Virus record (IMG/VR): IMGVR_UViG_3300032241_000856
Reading direction: 5' to 3' (one strand)
DNA length: 37,932 nt
Source: an uncultured virus (IMG/VR IMGVR_UViG_3300032241_000856)
Lineage: Duplodnaviria > Heunggongvirae > Uroviricota > Caudoviricetes
Shown here: positions 35,402 to 37,932 of the stretch, one piece after another
Layout of the letters: the number at the start of each line of letters is the position of its first letter
Numbering within the stretch: position 1 is the stretch's first letter
The notes under the pieces: generated by a model
What the model was told of the DNA's origin: nothing
The model's input: the letters and a program-made list of their open reading frames with translations, nothing else
The model's database searches: none
Position numbers and translations under genes: made by a program

Positions 35402-36559
35402 TTACTTGAAAGAAACGTTCTTGATTGCAACGCGACCTAAGTAGTCAGCGGCGTTACCTAAAGAACTTGCTGTATTTGACAACTCAACATAACCATAACG
35501 TGTCATGAATGAAACGACTGGTTCAAATGTTGATGGGTCAAGAACAACACCACTGCTCATCAATGGAATGTATGGGCAATAGAAAGCGGCTGCATCTGAT
35601 TCTGAAGAACCTTTGTAACCGATTAGAACGTCTTGAGTATCAGTTGCATATGAGTTAACATAAATCTTCATTGCGCCGTTCAATGTTCCAACCATCTTAG
35701 TGTTAGTTGGAGCTTCGAATGTGCCTTCTGTAGTGCGAGCAAAAGCAGAAGTTGTAGCAGATTGAAGAATTGTCAATGTATATGGAGATACAACAGCCCA
35801 GTTACCTGCGCCGCGACGTGTTCTTTGTGCGATCAAGTTAGATACACGGTTGATCTGAACTGCCAATGCGGCATGCTCGTCACCAACGAATGTAGCTGTT
35901 CCTGATACAGCTGATTGGTCAAAAGTCTCAGTAGCTGATCCAGCTAATGACAATAATGAAGCAATAATCTCTTGATCGATTTCAGCTGTGATCTCTTGTG
36001 CAAGAGCAGCCATAATCTCAGCTTCGATATCAATACCTTGTTGGGCTTGAGCATCTTGTGCTGATTCAAAAGTCCAGCGAGCTGACAATTTACGTGTCTT
36101 AGCTTCAACTGTTTGTTTCAAGATTTGAATTGACATACGCTTACCAGCGGCACCCTCAAGAGATGCTGTTGATGTTGCGCGGCCTGTGCTGTCGTTACCT
36201 GAGTAACCTTCAGCAATCTTGAATGGACTTAGTGCCTCTTCACCTGCTACAACGCCGTTTGATTGATCAGCGTAGCGGACACGTAAAGTGTGGATTTGTC
36301 CAACTGGTCCAGTCATTGGTTGAACGCCAACTAATTCGTTAGCGATAACTGTTGGCATAACACGACGGATTACTGGTAGAATCACGCGGTTTAATGTTGC
36401 GACGTTGCCGGCAGAAGTGGCACCAGCTGTTGGAGATTCCATCAAATACTTGCGAGTATTCTCAAGGGTTACACCCATAACTGATTTTTTAGTGCCTTGT
36501 AGGCCTTCTAAAAGTGCTTCTTTAGTTTCTGCCCAACGGCCTGTAAGTAGTTCTGACAT
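35402..36559 (-). CDS. gp23: Major capsid protein, T4 gp23 family (short, 385 aa)
   Basis: RRVMPTVIANELVGVQPMTGPVGQI, VEAKTRKLSARWTFESAQD, EITAEIDQEII, TRRGAGNW, AAFYCPYIPL, DPSTFEPVVSFMTRYG. Confidence 0.95.
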   Translation of the reverse strand: MSELLTGRWAETKEALLEGLQGTKKSVMGVTLENTRKYLMESPTAGATSAGNVATLNRVILPVIRRVMPTVIANELVGVQPMTGPVGQIHTLRVRYADQSNGVVAGEEALSPFKIAEGYSGNDSTGRATSTASLEGAAGKRMSIQILKQTVEAKTRKLSARWTFESAQDAQAQQGIDIEAEIMAALAQEITAEIDQEIIASLLSLAGSATETFDQSAVSGTATFVGDEHAALAVQINRVSNLIAQRTRRGAGNWAVVSPYTLTILQSATTSAFARTTEGTFEAPTNTKMVGTLNGAMKIYVNSYATDTQDVLIGYKGSSESDAAAFYCPYIPLMSSGVVLDPSTFEPVVSFMTRYGYVELSNTASSLGNAADYLGRVAIKNVSFK

Positions 36560-36570
36560 TTAAATTCTCC

Positions 36571-37668
36571 TTAAATTTTTAGTCCAGCTAGACGACGAAT
36601 ATCAACGATATTATTTTCGTTTTCACTGCTACGGTTGCTGTTGGAAACTTGTTTATTTCCTGTAACTTCTTTTGCCTCTACAAGTGCCTGTTTCTTCTGC
36701 GGAGCTTTTCCGGCAATAACTGCTGGTAGATACTTGTCAAAACTTTCATTCAATTTTGATGTTCTCACGCTCTCCATTAACTCTTTCATGATTTCACGTT
36801 GCTCACCGTTAAGTGGGCCAAGTAATTCACTCATGATTTCTTTACGTTGCTGTGCTTCTTTCAAAGCGGCAACTTCTGCATTCTTGCTTTCTACTAGAGC
36901 TTGCGCTTCAGCGGCAGCTTGCGCGGCCTCAGCAATAGCTAGCTCTTTCATGTCTATGACCTTGAGCAATTTTGCAGTTTCTGATTTCTCGTTTAAGTAA
37001 CTAGTTGTATATTCTGAAGCAAAAGCTTCGAATAGTTTACGACCAAAGTCGTTACGACGAGCTGCCTCGATGTCTTCTTTCAATGATGTTAGCTCAGTGT
37101 TTAAATTCTGAGTAACTACTGATTCAACCATCTTAGCGGCACGAGTTACAAATTGTTGCTTAACATTCTTAAGCTCTTCACGTCCTTCACGGACTAGACG
37201 AACTTTAGTTTCAGCTAAATCTTGTTTGTCTTTGTAAAACTCTGCAATTTCTTGAGCTAGAGCCTCAACTACGAATTTTTCCAATGTGCCAAATTTATTG
37301 GCCATAGCCATTTGATCTTCATGCAATTCAGAAACTTCAGCAGCCAACTGACGAGTAACAAATTCCTTCATTACTGATGCTGTCTTCTTCTTTTCTTTTG
37401 CTAGCTTAATTTTCATTTCAGCTAGTTGCTTGCGATCTTCAGCGAACTCAACAAGTTCATTTGATAATTGATCAGTAACCATACGGTCAACAGCTTCAAT
37501 CATAACTTCTTTGTCATGTTCATATTTTTGTGCAAATTCTTCGCGTAATTGTTGAGCGGCTTGTTCTTTGGCTTCGGTAATACGAGCTTCGAATGCCTGC
37601 TCAATAGACTCTTTAATCTCCTCAGAAATCACATTGTTTTCAAATAAACCTTTTAGTGCATCCAACAT
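36571..37668 (-). CDS. gp22: Prohead core/scaffolding protein, T4 gp22-like
   Basis: Glu/Lys/Ala-rich coiled-coil protein between the protease and capsid genes, with many L-x-E motifs and an AAGGAGA RBS. Confidence 0.85.
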   Translation of the reverse strand: MLDALKGLFENNVISEEIKESIEQAFEARITEAKEQAAQQLREEFAQKYEHDKEVMIEAVDRMVTDQLSNELVEFAEDRKQLAEMKIKLAKEKKKTASVMKEFVTRQLAAEVSELHEDQMAMANKFGTLEKFVVEALAQEIAEFYKDKQDLAETKVRLVREGREELKNVKQQFVTRAAKMVESVVTQNLNTELTSLKEDIEAARRNDFGRKLFEAFASEYTTSYLNEKSETAKLLKVIDMKELAIAEAAQAAAEAQALVESKNAEVAALKEAQQRKEIMSELLGPLNGEQREIMKELMESVRTSKLNESFDKYLPAVIAGKAPQKKQALVEAKEVTGNKQVSNSNRSSENENNIVDIRRLAGLKI

Positions 37669-37681
37669 ATGATTCTCCTTG

Positions 37682-37932
37682 TTATTGGAGTTTGTTTATT
37701 ATCGCTAATAAACTCTCTTTGAGATATTTTTGCGCCTTGGGATCGCCTTTCACCTCTTGCGCTATGCGCAATGCATTATAACCGCCTCGATTATTCATCA
37801 AGTGTTCATAAATTGGTGTAGGATATGCCCCAGGAGCACTAGGTTGAGCTACCATATCTACTGTGATAATCTCAAAATCTGATACTTCACCGGATCCGTC
37901 ATCTCTGACGTTTCCGGATCCGCGACTTGAAA
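37682..37932 (-). CDS. gp21: Prohead protease, T4 gp21 family, C-terminal part (5' end outside the window)
   Basis: Not in the ORF track; hand translation gives ...SSRGSGNVRDDGSGEVSDFEIITVDMVAQPSAPGAYPTPIYEHLMNNRGG...IINKLQ*. SSRGxG and DxVxxPSxPxAY are gp21 motifs. Confidence 0.92.
   Translation of the reverse strand, partial: SSRGSGNVRDDGSGEVSDFEIITVDMVAQPSAPGAYPTPIYEHLMNNRGGYNALRIAQEVKGDPKAQKYLKESLLAIINKLQ

Noticed and set aside
230..37000. All + strand ORFs in the track (e.g. 554..901, 15608..15856, 29244..29528, 36635..37000) and the short out-of-frame minus-strand ORFs (2226..2423, 20061..20288)
   Set aside because: They lie within long minus-strand genes and read as Val/Pro/Leu-rich antisense shadows of Thr/Gly/Asn codons, with no recognisable motifs.
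1..37932. Stop-codon reassignment, since all 14 visible gene ends use TAA
   Set aside because: About 12,000 codons read through in the standard code with no in-frame TAG or TGA, so TAA preference fits AT bias.
1..37932. Diversity-generating retroelement, invertible fibre cassette, CRISPR array, tRNA, intron or intein
   Set aside because: No reverse transcriptase, recombinase, near-identical ~100-bp repeat pair, spaced repeat array or cloverleaf was seen. The inserts in the giant proteins lack intein splice motifs and recur as structural modules.

Overview
This AT-rich window is part of a large T4-like (myovirus/jumbo-type) bacteriophage genome. Every real gene is on the minus strand. In transcription order they are: the 3' end of the prohead protease (gp21), the prohead core/scaffold (gp22), a short 385-aa major capsid protein (gp23), and about 35 kb of putative virion fibre/appendage genes (535, 334, 110, 352, 1300, 1339, 114, 125, 3170, 3637, 107 and >508 aa; the last is cut by the window edge and missing from the ORF track). 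There are T4-type late-promoter motifs, two C(UUCG)G hairpins and two structured 5' leaders. Main observations: (1) the two giant proteins carry seven helical modules that resemble phycobiliprotein (globin-like) subunits around the bilin-binding C-x-R-D motif, three of them keeping the Cys; (2) the giants appear to be built by nested, Russian-doll domain insertion; (3) a repeated 'fibre(s) with hydrophobic C-terminal helix, then a ~110-aa paralog' pattern suggests a segmented, adaptor-joined fibre system; (4) paralogous fibre pairs share a beta-helix core but carry lectin-type modules at different sites. All family assignments come from motif recognition by eye; no searches were run.
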